DNA of 64,000 nt from Verrucomicrobiota bacterium. Its GTDB lineage: Bacteria; Verrucomicrobiota; Verrucomicrobiia; Opitutales; Seribacteraceae. Below, piece by piece: positions 33,005-41,709 of the stretch. Position numbers and translations under genes: made by a program. Numbering within the stretch: the first letter of the stretch is position 1; each line of letters begins with the position of its first letter. The stretch lies in assembly GCA_027622665.1 (NCBI GenBank), contig JAQBYT010000015.1:18178-82177 (forward strand). The letters run 5' to 3'. The notes beneath the pieces are model-generated. The model worked only from the letters and a program-made list of their open reading frames with translations. It ran no database searches and had not been told where the DNA came from.

Positions 33005-35563
33005 TCAGCGAGTGCCGTTAGCGTTCTCCGGTTTCTCTCTATAGGCCATCCTTTCGGCGCGAGCAGAGTAGCATTCCCCCAGCATCTGGCCTCGGGGCTT
33101 GAGGTTCCCCGACTCGAAATCGATTTCCTCGGAAGACTTTCCTTCTTCCTGCAAAAGACGACCTTCGAGCGATTCTTGATCCTCCTCGGATTCATCGGCG
33201 GACAGATGAGTCATGGGGTAACCCTCTGCCGCGAGCAACCTGCCCACCAGTATCGCTCGGTGGCAGGTAAGTGGATCTTTCTCTGCGCAGAACAAGGCGA
33301 TTCTATACTTGGCGGCTCCTTTGCGCAGTCGGTCTAGCCCATCGGCAAAGGCGGGAACCTTTTCAATTAGGTCGTAGCGAGCGACGCCGTCCAAGTAGCA
33401 TTCCGATTCCTCTCGCCGGGCCCCCAGTTCCTTTCCGAGAAAAACATAAAGTAGACCGGCGGATTCGAGAAAAGTCTTCAAGGGATCACGGGAATAAGAA
33501 GGTTCACGTTTCGAGTAAGGTTGTGACCGTAAGTCTGCCACTGCCTCAATGTCTTTTGCCTTTAGAATTTCGATAAACCGCTCGATCGCCAACCCCGCAT
33601 AACCGATCGTGTAGATCATGGGGAGTGATGAGGAGGTCTCAGGTTCAGAGGGAATGACCTCCAATTCTTCGAACTCGGCTTCGTCGACTGTTCCGGCATT
33701 TGGTTCCACCTCTAATTCCATTCGCCATCGCGCCAATATTTCGAGGACGCCCTTACCGTACTTCCGCACCTTCGCCTGGCCGATCCCTTTGACCGCCAGG
33801 AGTGCTTCCTCGTTTTGAGGAAGACTGGCTGCCATTCCGCGAAGAGTCGCATCCGAAAAGACCTGATAGGGTCTAACTCTTCCCGTTCTGGCGCGTGCCA
33901 CGCGAAACTCGCGCAACTCCTCGAACACCTGCTCGCGAAGGTGTTCGGGGGTAACTGCTTCCGGAATATCCTCAACAGTCTGCTCACCGTATCGCCTTCC
34001 GCCTTTCTTCTCCGAGACCTTTCGAGTAAGAAATAATTTAGCTTCGAATGACCCAGCAAGAAAAGCAGGTGCCTTCGCACCAAGACCGAGAACGGTGAAC
34101 TTCTTTTCCTCGTCGATGTAACGCGACTCGAGAAGTTCCTGCCCGAGGAGCTGGTCGATGACGTTTCGGATTTCGGGCTGTTTGTAATCCCTCAATGCGC
34201 CGTGACTCTCGAGCTGATCGTGCCCAAAGCGACGCACCTTGTCGGTATCGCCTCCACGAAGCACCGTGGCCACTTGCAATGTTCCGAAGCGTTCTCCAAG
34301 ATCGCTTACGCAACGAAGCACGCTCAACGCCACCTCGTGACCGTTCGCCATTTCGGGTAGTTCCGCGAGGCACACGTCGCAGGCCCCGCACGATCCCGGT
34401 TCCAAGTCCTGCCCGAAGTAACGAACCAGAAAACGATGGCGGCATTGCGACCCGGAACTAAACCGATAGGTCTCGGAAAGACGAGAAAGAGAAGGCTCCA
34501 ACTCAGGGGAACCTTCACTTAAGCTCTTCTCCACAATAAACTTCCACAAGGCGAAATCCGCTCCCGAATAAAGCAGGATGCACTCCGCGGGGTCACCGTC
34601 ACGCCCAGCCCTCCCCGATTCCTGAGCAAAGTGCTCTATGGATTTCGGCATGCGAGCGTGCAGAACATAGCGCACGTCCGTGCGATCGATGCCCATGCCG
34701 AAAGCCACCGTCGCCACCACCACCCGGCACTCGTCCGACATGAAGGCATCTTGTACGCGAGATCGATCCGAGCTCGCCATCTCGCCGTGATAGGCCAATG
34801 CGTTCACACCTTGCGCCTGTAGTTTCTCTGCCAGTGCGACCGTATCCTTGCGGCGGATGGCGTAAACGATGCCCGCATCTTTGGGATTACGCCGAACGAC
34901 GGAAAGAATTTGGTCGAATCCGTCTCCCTGACGGGGATAGAATTTGTAGGTCAGGTTCGGTCTATCCACAGACCCGATCACCAGTACCGAATCCCTCATT
35001 CGAAGACGCTCCCGTATATCCTCGATTACCCTTGGAGTGGCAGTGGCCGTACAAGCGAAAAAAGGTATTTCCGACCAACGATCGCGCAATTCCCCCAAGG
35101 CGAGGTAATCGGAGCGGAAGTCATGCCCCCACTGGCTTATACAATGAGCCTCGTCGACGATGACCATACCGATTTCCAATCCCGAGACCAATTCCTCGAA
35201 ACCTTCGCCGCGTACCCGCTCTGGCGTCACGTACAGCATGGAAAGTTCTCCGCCTCGCAAACGTCGTAAAGCCTCTCCCCGCGAAGCCGCATCCTGAGAA
35301 CTGGCCAGCATTTCTGCAGCGACACCGTTGAGCTTGAGTCCATCCACCTGATCCTTCATCAGAGAAAGGAGAGGAGATATTACCAGATTCAGCTTCCCAT
35401 TGCAGATGGACGGTGTCTGAAAACAGAGGCTTTTCCCTCCTCCTGTGGGTAAGACAAGCAACACGTCGCGACCCGACAGGGTCGTCTCTATAGCCTCCTT
35501 TTGGTTTGGGTAGAGACGGTCGAAACCCCAAGTTTTGCGAACGATGTCGAGATAGTTTTGCAT
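33005..35563 (-). CDS. recQ: RecQ-family DNA helicase (helicase-Zn-RQC-HRDC) fused to C-terminal DUF488 domain
   Basis: PTGGGKSLCFQ, DEAHCISQWGHDFR, ATVAFGMGID, QESGRAGRDG, Zn site CRH...CGACDVC, HRDC (PYQVFSDATL...VKGIGQAK). From 33619: IYTIGY...DLRSQPYS...LGKELGAR...LFCAEKDPLTCHR. Start ATG 35563 preferred over the track's TTG 35629. Confidence 0.9.
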   Translation of the reverse strand: MQNYLDIVRKTWGFDRLYPNQKEAIETTLSGRDVLLVLPTGGGKSLCFQTPSICNGKLNLVISPLLSLMKDQVDGLKLNGVAAEMLASSQDAASRGEALRRLRGGELSMLYVTPERVRGEGFEELVSGLEIGMVIVDEAHCISQWGHDFRSDYLALGELRDRWSEIPFFACTATATPRVIEDIRERLRMRDSVLVIGSVDRPNLTYKFYPRQGDGFDQILSVVRRNPKDAGIVYAIRRKDTVALAEKLQAQGVNALAYHGEMASSDRSRVQDAFMSDECRVVVATVAFGMGIDRTDVRYVLHARMPKSIEHFAQESGRAGRDGDPAECILLYSGADFALWKFIVEKSLSEGSPELEPSLSRLSETYRFSSGSQCRHRFLVRYFGQDLEPGSCGACDVCLAELPEMANGHEVALSVLRCVSDLGERFGTLQVATVLRGGDTDKVRRFGHDQLESHGALRDYKQPEIRNVIDQLLGQELLESRYIDEEKKFTVLGLGAKAPAFLAGSFEAKLFLTRKVSEKKGGRRYGEQTVEDIPEAVTPEHLREQVFEELREFRVARARTGRVRPYQVFSDATLRGMAASLPQNEEALLAVKGIGQAKVRKYGKGVLEILARWRMELEVEPNAGTVDEAEFEELEVIPSEPETSSSLPMIYTIGYAGLAIERFIEILKAKDIEAVADLRSQPYSKREPSYSRDPLKTFLESAGLLYVFLGKELGARREESECYLDGVARYDLIEKVPAFADGLDRLRKGAAKYRIALFCAEKDPLTCHRAILVGRLLAAEGYPMTHLSADESEEDQESLEGRLLQEEGKSSEEIDFESGNLKPRGQMLGECYSARAERMAYREKPENANGTR

Positions 35564-35769
35564 GGATTGTTTAAGGGGACTTTCTTCCGAAAGCTTTGTC
35601 GGCAAGTCAAGGTAAAGGACTATTGCCAAGACTTTCCTTTGAAGTCTACTTATTAGCCATGTTTAGCAGACTCATTATTGCCGTACTCTCAACAGTGTGT
35701 GGAAACCTCTTCACAACCCAAAAGGCAATCAGGTAATCCTGAACTTAGTTTAATATCTCTCGCACATCT

Positions 35770-35937
35770 ATGAGCAACATGGAAAGCAACACTCTAATCG
35801 AAAACCTTTTCGGGTCCGACCTATCTGCGTCAACTTGCGAAAAAGTCAGAACTGGTCATCCCTCTTTGACCGACGAGGGGAAACTCGGCACTCTCCAAGT
35901 AGACGCCTACGCGTCTCTCGCCCTGCCCGAAAAGTGA
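35770..35937 (+). CDS. Small hypothetical protein (55 aa) coupled to TonB-dependent receptor
   Basis: Manual translation MSNMESNTLIENLFGSDL...YASLALPEK; its TGA overlaps the receptor GTG (GTGA). Confidence 0.3.
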   Translation: MSNMESNTLIENLFGSDLSASTCEKVRTGHPSLTDEGKLGTLQVDAYASLALPEK

Positions 35938-37895
35938 TTGGCCGACTGACGCCATTCTTCCTTCCTCTTATCGTTGCCCTTGGCCAGGAGGATGTATTGG
36001 AGTCGATAGAAGTTCAGGGCATTGCGAGACCCGCGAACAGTGCGGAAATTATTGTTTTCGATCGTCAAGACATCGACGCATCTTCCAGTTTTCATCTTGA
36101 TGACTTACTCCGTTCTCATCCGAATTTCTCAACCTATCGCCGTTCCGGTTCGGGTATCGCCCACCCCACAAGCCAAGGAGTTTCCCTAAGAGGCGCAGGA
36201 ACCAGCGCGGCCTCACGTTCTTTTGTCCTCCTAGATGGAATTCCGTTGAACGATCCGTTTGGTGGCTGGGTTCGCTGGAATCGCTTCTCTCTCGCAGAAC
36301 TGGAAACTGTCCGCTTTGGGCGAAAAGGTGCCTTTGTCTCGTCGGCAGGAAACATCAAATTACAAAGTCGTCGCCCCGTCAAAAGCTCACAAGGTCAGTT
36401 CGGTTTTGCCGCCGGTGATGTCCGAGGTTTCTCCGTAGATGGCTTTTCCGCAAGCCCTGCCAACCAGAAAAATTGGGAGGCAACCGCGAGTTTTCGTATC
36501 GAGGACTTCGCGGGACACCCCGTGGTTCGAGCCACCCAGCGCGGTCCCATCGACGAGGATGCATGGAGTCGCATGCAGTCCGGACGCACCACCGTGTCCC
36601 ATCAACTTTCCTCCGGCCGCCTTATCGCTACTTTCGCCGGTTTCTCCGAGAAGCGTGGCAACGGCACACCCCTTGGTCGCAACAAAGCCGATGGTTTCGA
36701 TTGGACACTGGGACTGCAGGGCGAGGTCTCACGCACTATGCTGTTTGGCCAAGAACGTGATTTTGCCAGCGTTTTCCCCACTGTAACCGGAGTAAAGGCA
36801 GAGCGAGCCTCGGAAAGTATCGTCCTCGACCAATTCGCCGTACCCGCATCCTCTCTTGGCTTCGTTCACGAACATTCTTTTGATGCCGACGAACACGAGT
36901 TCGGCTTTTCCATTATGGCTTTGCAAAAAGAAGGTCACACCAACGAAATCAACAAGTTCACCGACACCCGCAGACATGCAGGTGGTCGCCAAACCCAAAT
37001 CGGCCTTTCACTTGCCGATGGATGGAGTCCCGCCGAAAGTTGGAACCTTTTTGCGGAACTGAAGGGTGAATGGTTTCGTAACGAAGATGGCATCCGAAGA
37101 GGTTGGAAAACTTCCAATGGCAGCTTTTCCGTTCGTGAGGATCTCGAAGTAGGTGGTTCTCTCGACCTATCCAAAGCATTATCCGAAACGATCGTCGCCC
37201 GATCTTCCGTACGCTCCCATGTCCGCCAACCCACCCTGAACGAACTGTACCGCCCCTACCGAGTGGGCGACTTCTCCGTGGCGGCCAACGAGGATCTCGA
37301 AATCGAGCGCATCACGGGAGTCGAAATCGGTCTGGATTGGCAAGTCACCGATCGTTTGTCCGCCTCGCTCGGCCTTTTTCATGATCAGCTCCACGACTCC
37401 GTGGCAAACATTTCCGAACTCAGCAACCCCAACGACGCCACCCGTCGCAACCTCGATAAAGCGACGGTCGACGGTCTCCAAATGTCAGTCGAGCACTTGC
37501 TAACAGAGGAACTCTCCTTTCGGTTGCACGGTCTGCTCATGGACACAGAGGTAAGGAGTTGCCCCGAAAACCCGGGGCTCGTCGGCAACCACTTTGCTCA
37601 AGTCCCGAAGCAACGTGCAACCGCCACGCTACTATGGTCGCCAAGTCAGTGGAATCTGCGCCTCGATGCCCGCCACGAATCGGAACGCTTCGATGACGCT
37701 CGAAATTCCCGTTTGCTCGATAATTGCCTCACTCTCGATGTATCCCTTTCGAGAAGATTTTCGAAAAATACCCGCATATTCCTTACAGTAAACAACATAA
37801 CGAATGAGGAAATACAGACCCACCGTACAGCCGAAGGTGTCGCGTACGTTGAAGCTCCGAGACATTGGTCGGCCGGTTTAGATTGGAAATTCTGA
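35934..37895 (+). CDS. TonB-dependent outer membrane receptor
   Basis: Signal peptide, TonB-box-like ESIEVQG, plug motif SLRG...VLLDGIPLNDPFGG, RQPTLNELY, VNNITN, C-terminal WKF. Confidence 0.9.
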   Translation: MIGRLTPFFLPLIVALGQEDVLESIEVQGIARPANSAEIIVFDRQDIDASSSFHLDDLLRSHPNFSTYRRSGSGIAHPTSQGVSLRGAGTSAASRSFVLLDGIPLNDPFGGWVRWNRFSLAELETVRFGRKGAFVSSAGNIKLQSRRPVKSSQGQFGFAAGDVRGFSVDGFSASPANQKNWEATASFRIEDFAGHPVVRATQRGPIDEDAWSRMQSGRTTVSHQLSSGRLIATFAGFSEKRGNGTPLGRNKADGFDWTLGLQGEVSRTMLFGQERDFASVFPTVTGVKAERASESIVLDQFAVPASSLGFVHEHSFDADEHEFGFSIMALQKEGHTNEINKFTDTRRHAGGRQTQIGLSLADGWSPAESWNLFAELKGEWFRNEDGIRRGWKTSNGSFSVREDLEVGGSLDLSKALSETIVARSSVRSHVRQPTLNELYRPYRVGDFSVAANEDLEIERITGVEIGLDWQVTDRLSASLGLFHDQLHDSVANISELSNPNDATRRNLDKATVDGLQMSVEHLLTEELSFRLHGLLMDTEVRSCPENPGLVGNHFAQVPKQRATATLLWSPSQWNLRLDARHESERFDDARNSRLLDNCLTLDVSLSRRFSKNTRIFLTVNNITNEEIQTHRTAEGVAYVEAPRHWSAGLDWKF

Positions 37896-37991
37896 ATTGT
37901 ATTAGTTAAGATGAGCAATCCGTCATCATTTGGTGGGAAACAAACTTGCAACTTTTCATGTTCTGGCGCGTTATTACTATTATATTAAAGC

Positions 37992-38020
37992 TTGACATAG
38001 AGATGTTTTAGGTGCAAAAT
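37992..38020 (+). promoter_or_regulatory. Putative sigma70 promoter of the DUF1549 operon
   Basis: TTGACA-17 nt-CAAAAT in an AT-rich intergenic region. Confidence 0.5.
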
Positions 38021-38061
38021 AATTGATATATCATAAAGAGCTTATACAACACACCTTTGAA

Positions 38062-40338
38062 ATGCATAAATCCATGAACTGCACATACTTAAGTTGTAAA
38101 TTTTTAGGATTAGCCTTACTGTCTCTCACGACTGTCAAAGCTTCGGGGCGTGATTTCTCGTCAGTGAACGGCCAGAAATTATCAGGCGAGGTGATAAAGT
38201 ACTACGGCGACTACATACTTTTCAAGCGGTCGGAGGACCATCAGCTTTTCCGTTTTAAAATGGAAGTTCTATGCGACAAGGACCAAGCATTCGTCAAAAA
38301 CAACTTTGCGCCGGATCGCGAGGACGTCCCGACTCTTCCTCGCCCACTTTCTTCACGAGACGTTACTAAGTTCGCTTTAGGAGTAGACGGTTTATTGGAC
38401 ACTCAACTTCGAAAATATCGGCAGCGACCGAACAAAACGATCGAAGACGAGGCGTTTTTGCGTCGCGCCTATTTGAAAATCGCCGGGCGAATTCCCTCCT
38501 TGGTAGAAACTCAAGCTTTCATAAAAAACGGTCGGCGGACTACAAAAAGGCAAGAACTGGTCGATCAGCTCCTCAACTCTGACGGGTATGTCAGCCATTG
38601 GTATCACTTCTGGGCCGATATTCTTCGAGCAAAAGAACGACTGCAAGGTGCAGCTGGTATGTCGGGAAAACCCTATGTTACGTTTATCAAGGACTTCGTG
38701 CGCACCAACAAACCTTACGATCAATTCGTCAGAGAATTGTTGTCCTCCAAAGGCCCCGTATGGGAAAAAGGTAATGGAGCGGTCGGTTACTACTTCAGGG
38801 ATCGCGGCATGCCTTTGGACAACATGGCGAATACCGTAAGGATTTTCCTTGGAACTAGTCTTGAATGCGCCCAATGCCATGATCATCCTTTTGATCGCTG
38901 GTCCCAGAAGCAATTTTACGAAATGGCAGCCTTTACACACGGCGTCGGTGATGCTCGCAGGAAAGAAGGAACCGAAAACTTAGCCACCTTCAACAAACTT
39001 GTTCGAGAAAGGCAAAAAGAAGATCAAAAGCTTCGTAACGTGGCTAGAGGCATAAGAGACATCGTACAGTTTGGCGTAGATGATCCCGGTCAAGGAAAAA
39101 TTCGACTCCCGAAAGACTATCAATACGATAACGCCAAGCCCAACGAGGAACTTGAAGCCCGCACAATTTTCGGCCTCGCCGTAGAACTGGATAAAAACCT
39201 CAAGGAAATCGGCTCTCGGGAAGCTTACGCCAACTGGCTCGCATCCGATGCTAATCCTCGATTCACCACGGTTATTGCCAATCGTCTGTGGAAGGAGGTC
39301 ATGGGGATTGGGTTGATCGAACCCGTCGACAATATGATGGATGATACCACGGCGTCTAATCCGGAACTCCTGCAATATCTGGACAAGCTTTTGGTTGCTC
39401 TCGATTACGACGTAAAGGAATTCCTTCGGATCTTATACAACACCAAGACCTTTAACAGAGCTACTCCCACAGAGCAGTTCAGCCTGTCTTCGGAAACTCC
39501 TTATCTCTATCCCGGTCCAATTCTGGAACGAATGACGGCTGAACAAATATGGGATTCGCTATTGGTGCTGACCTACCCGGAAATCGATAAGCGCAAAGTA
39601 AAAGACAATCCCGCCGAGTACGAGCGATTTGAACGCTACTCGGAAATGTCAGGCGAGGAACTTTTGGCGGAAGCCATGTTGATGTCCACGGGCGACAAGA
39701 ACATGATGATGATGAAGGATGATGGCAAAATGGCGGCTAAAGCGGGCCCTGCGGAAAACGTGAATTGCCCCATTAAGCCGGGACGCGCTGTCGATCCTGG
39801 GATTACTGTCGTGAGCGACGGCAAAACAATTGCCTTCTGCTGCAACGGTTGCAAAAACAAATTCATGGCCGATCAAGCCGTGCCAAAACCAACAAAAGAA
39901 CCAAAGGCCACCGCTGACAAAGGGAAAGGAATGATGGATGACGGATTAACTTATGTAAACGCGAGGGAGGCCAGAGCTTCTGAAATCGGCTCGCCCGCTC
40001 CTATCGGTCATCTCGTACGTGAATTTGGCGGTTCCGATCGTGAGCAAATCCAAAACAGTCACCGAGACGCCTCGGTTACTCAAGTGCTTTCCTTGCTGAA
40101 CGGCTATGTAGAGCAAAAAATTCTGAAAAACAAAAAGTCGGTAGTTCTTCAGAATCTGGGCAAGGCAGAGAACATGGAGGACAAGATAGACACGATTTTC
40201 TACACAATCTTGAATAGAAAACCTGACTCACGAGAGGAACGTGACTCGAAAGACTTCATAAAGAAGTTCGGGGACGATGCTTACCCGGATCTTATTTGGA
40301 CACTCGTGAACAGCCACGAATTCATCTTTGTGCAATAA
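38062..40338 (+). CDS. DUF1549/DUF1553 protein with N-terminal SHD1-like domain and inserted YHS/TRASH-like module
   Basis: FLRRAYLKIAGRIP, NKPYDQFVRELL, FLGTSLECAQCHDHPFD, IANRLWKEVMGIGLIEPVD, RMTAEQIWDS, DLIWTLVNSHEF. Start uncertain (38023/38062/38074). Confidence 0.9.
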   Translation: MHKSMNCTYLSCKFLGLALLSLTTVKASGRDFSSVNGQKLSGEVIKYYGDYILFKRSEDHQLFRFKMEVLCDKDQAFVKNNFAPDREDVPTLPRPLSSRDVTKFALGVDGLLDTQLRKYRQRPNKTIEDEAFLRRAYLKIAGRIPSLVETQAFIKNGRRTTKRQELVDQLLNSDGYVSHWYHFWADILRAKERLQGAAGMSGKPYVTFIKDFVRTNKPYDQFVRELLSSKGPVWEKGNGAVGYYFRDRGMPLDNMANTVRIFLGTSLECAQCHDHPFDRWSQKQFYEMAAFTHGVGDARRKEGTENLATFNKLVRERQKEDQKLRNVARGIRDIVQFGVDDPGQGKIRLPKDYQYDNAKPNEELEARTIFGLAVELDKNLKEIGSREAYANWLASDANPRFTTVIANRLWKEVMGIGLIEPVDNMMDDTTASNPELLQYLDKLLVALDYDVKEFLRILYNTKTFNRATPTEQFSLSSETPYLYPGPILERMTAEQIWDSLLVLTYPEIDKRKVKDNPAEYERFERYSEMSGEELLAEAMLMSTGDKNMMMMKDDGKMAAKAGPAENVNCPIKPGRAVDPGITVVSDGKTIAFCCNGCKNKFMADQAVPKPTKEPKATADKGKGMMDDGLTYVNAREARASEIGSPAPIGHLVREFGGSDREQIQNSHRDASVTQVLSLLNGYVEQKILKNKKSVVLQNLGKAENMEDKIDTIFYTILNRKPDSREERDSKDFIKKFGDDAYPDLIWTLVNSHEFIFVQ

Positions 40339-40384
40339 AAGCTTTTTATTTAAATTTCCGACAATAATTAATCAGAATTCAACC

Positions 40385-41686
40385 ATGAGAGACATCACAC
40401 GTAATTTTGACGACCTCGGTCGACGCCAATTTATCGCCCAAGCAGCGAAAGCCTGTCTGGGAGTCGGTCTACTGCCTATGCTGGGTAACCATGTTAACAC
40501 CCCGCTAAACGCTCTCACTCCAGGTGTTCGTCCCGCCACGGCACGGTATGTCATTTACCTGAACATGGCGGGCGGAATGACCCACCTCGACACCTTCGAT
40601 CCGAAACCCAACAATCCTAAGGTGCAAGGGCCAACCAAGGCCGTGCAAACAAGCGCGGACGGCGTTATACTCTCGGAAAACTTTGCGAAGACTGCGGCCC
40701 ACATGCACAACGCTGCCGTAATCAGGTCCGTTTCGACCAACCAAGGCGCCCACGAGCAGGCCGGATATCTGATGCATACAAGCTATGAAAAGCGTGGTAC
40801 TATTGTGCACCCAACCTTTGGAAGCTGGGTAGCCAAGATGTCCGGGCCAATCAACCGTACCATTCCGATGAACGTTCGAATCGGGGGAGGCAGTAATGAA
40901 TTAGGGGCTGGGTTCCTCGAATCTCAGTTCGGTCCGCTTCCCATTGGTAGTCCAAAGGCTGGTCTCGCCAACAGTAAGATGGCCGACTACCTGAATGAGG
41001 ACCGTTTTGGTCGACGTCTTGCCATGGCCGAAAAGATGAACACCAAGTTTGTCGGTCGTTTTCCTCAAAAGAAGGTACGAGCCTATTCAGATCTTTACAA
41101 GGATGCGGTCAAGCTCATGAGAAGCGAAGACCTGAAAGCGTTCGACATCGCGCAAGAGCCCAAAAACATACAGGAGTTCTATGGCGAATCGAACTTTGCT
41201 CAAGGTTGTTTGCTTGCTCGTCGATTGATCGAAAACCAAGTTCGTTACGTAGAGGTGACTCGTGGCGGTTGGGACACCCATGACGAAAATTTCGATCGTG
41301 TCGGCGAAAACTGTATGGAAGTCGACCAAGCTCTTAGTGCTTTGCTATACGACCTTGAACACAGAGGACTGCTGAAAGAAACTCTTGTAGTGCTCACCTC
41401 CGAGTTTGGTCGCACTCCCGAAATCAATCCCCGCAATGGCCGTGATCACTGGCCCAAAGCTTTCTCCGCCTTTATGGCCGGCGGCGCAATCAAAGGCGGC
41501 ACGGCTTATGGAAAAACTGATGAGAACGGCAAAGAAGTGGCCGAAAACCCAGTCAAACCGCCCGACTTGAATGCCACAATCGCCTACGCTCTGGGATTGC
41601 CGTTAAATGAAATTCAATATTCGCCATCCGGACGCCCGTTCACAGTAGCTCATAAAGGCGAACCTATCCTCGACATCCTCGCTTAG
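40385..41686 (+). CDS. DUF1501 family protein with Tat signal
   Basis: GRRQFI, GGMTHLDTFDPK, GCLLARRL, GGWDTH, SEFGRTP, GRDHWP. Confidence 0.92.
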   Translation: MRDITRNFDDLGRRQFIAQAAKACLGVGLLPMLGNHVNTPLNALTPGVRPATARYVIYLNMAGGMTHLDTFDPKPNNPKVQGPTKAVQTSADGVILSENFAKTAAHMHNAAVIRSVSTNQGAHEQAGYLMHTSYEKRGTIVHPTFGSWVAKMSGPINRTIPMNVRIGGGSNELGAGFLESQFGPLPIGSPKAGLANSKMADYLNEDRFGRRLAMAEKMNTKFVGRFPQKKVRAYSDLYKDAVKLMRSEDLKAFDIAQEPKNIQEFYGESNFAQGCLLARRLIENQVRYVEVTRGGWDTHDENFDRVGENCMEVDQALSALLYDLEHRGLLKETLVVLTSEFGRTPEINPRNGRDHWPKAFSAFMAGGAIKGGTAYGKTDENGKEVAENPVKPPDLNATIAYALGLPLNEIQYSPSGRPFTVAHKGEPILDILA

Positions 41687-41709
41687 GAAGGTCGAGAATA
41701 AGAATACCG

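Noticed and set aside
35630..35933. Cobalamin or TPP riboswitch before the TonB-dependent receptor
   Set aside because: Conserved cores (B12 box, GCAACTGT, CTGAGA) were not found by eye; an Rfam scan would be decisive.
37963..37980. sigma54 promoter before the DUF1549 operon (TGGCGCG...)
   Set aside because: No GC at the -12 position; a sigma70-like TTGACA-17-CAAAAT fits better.
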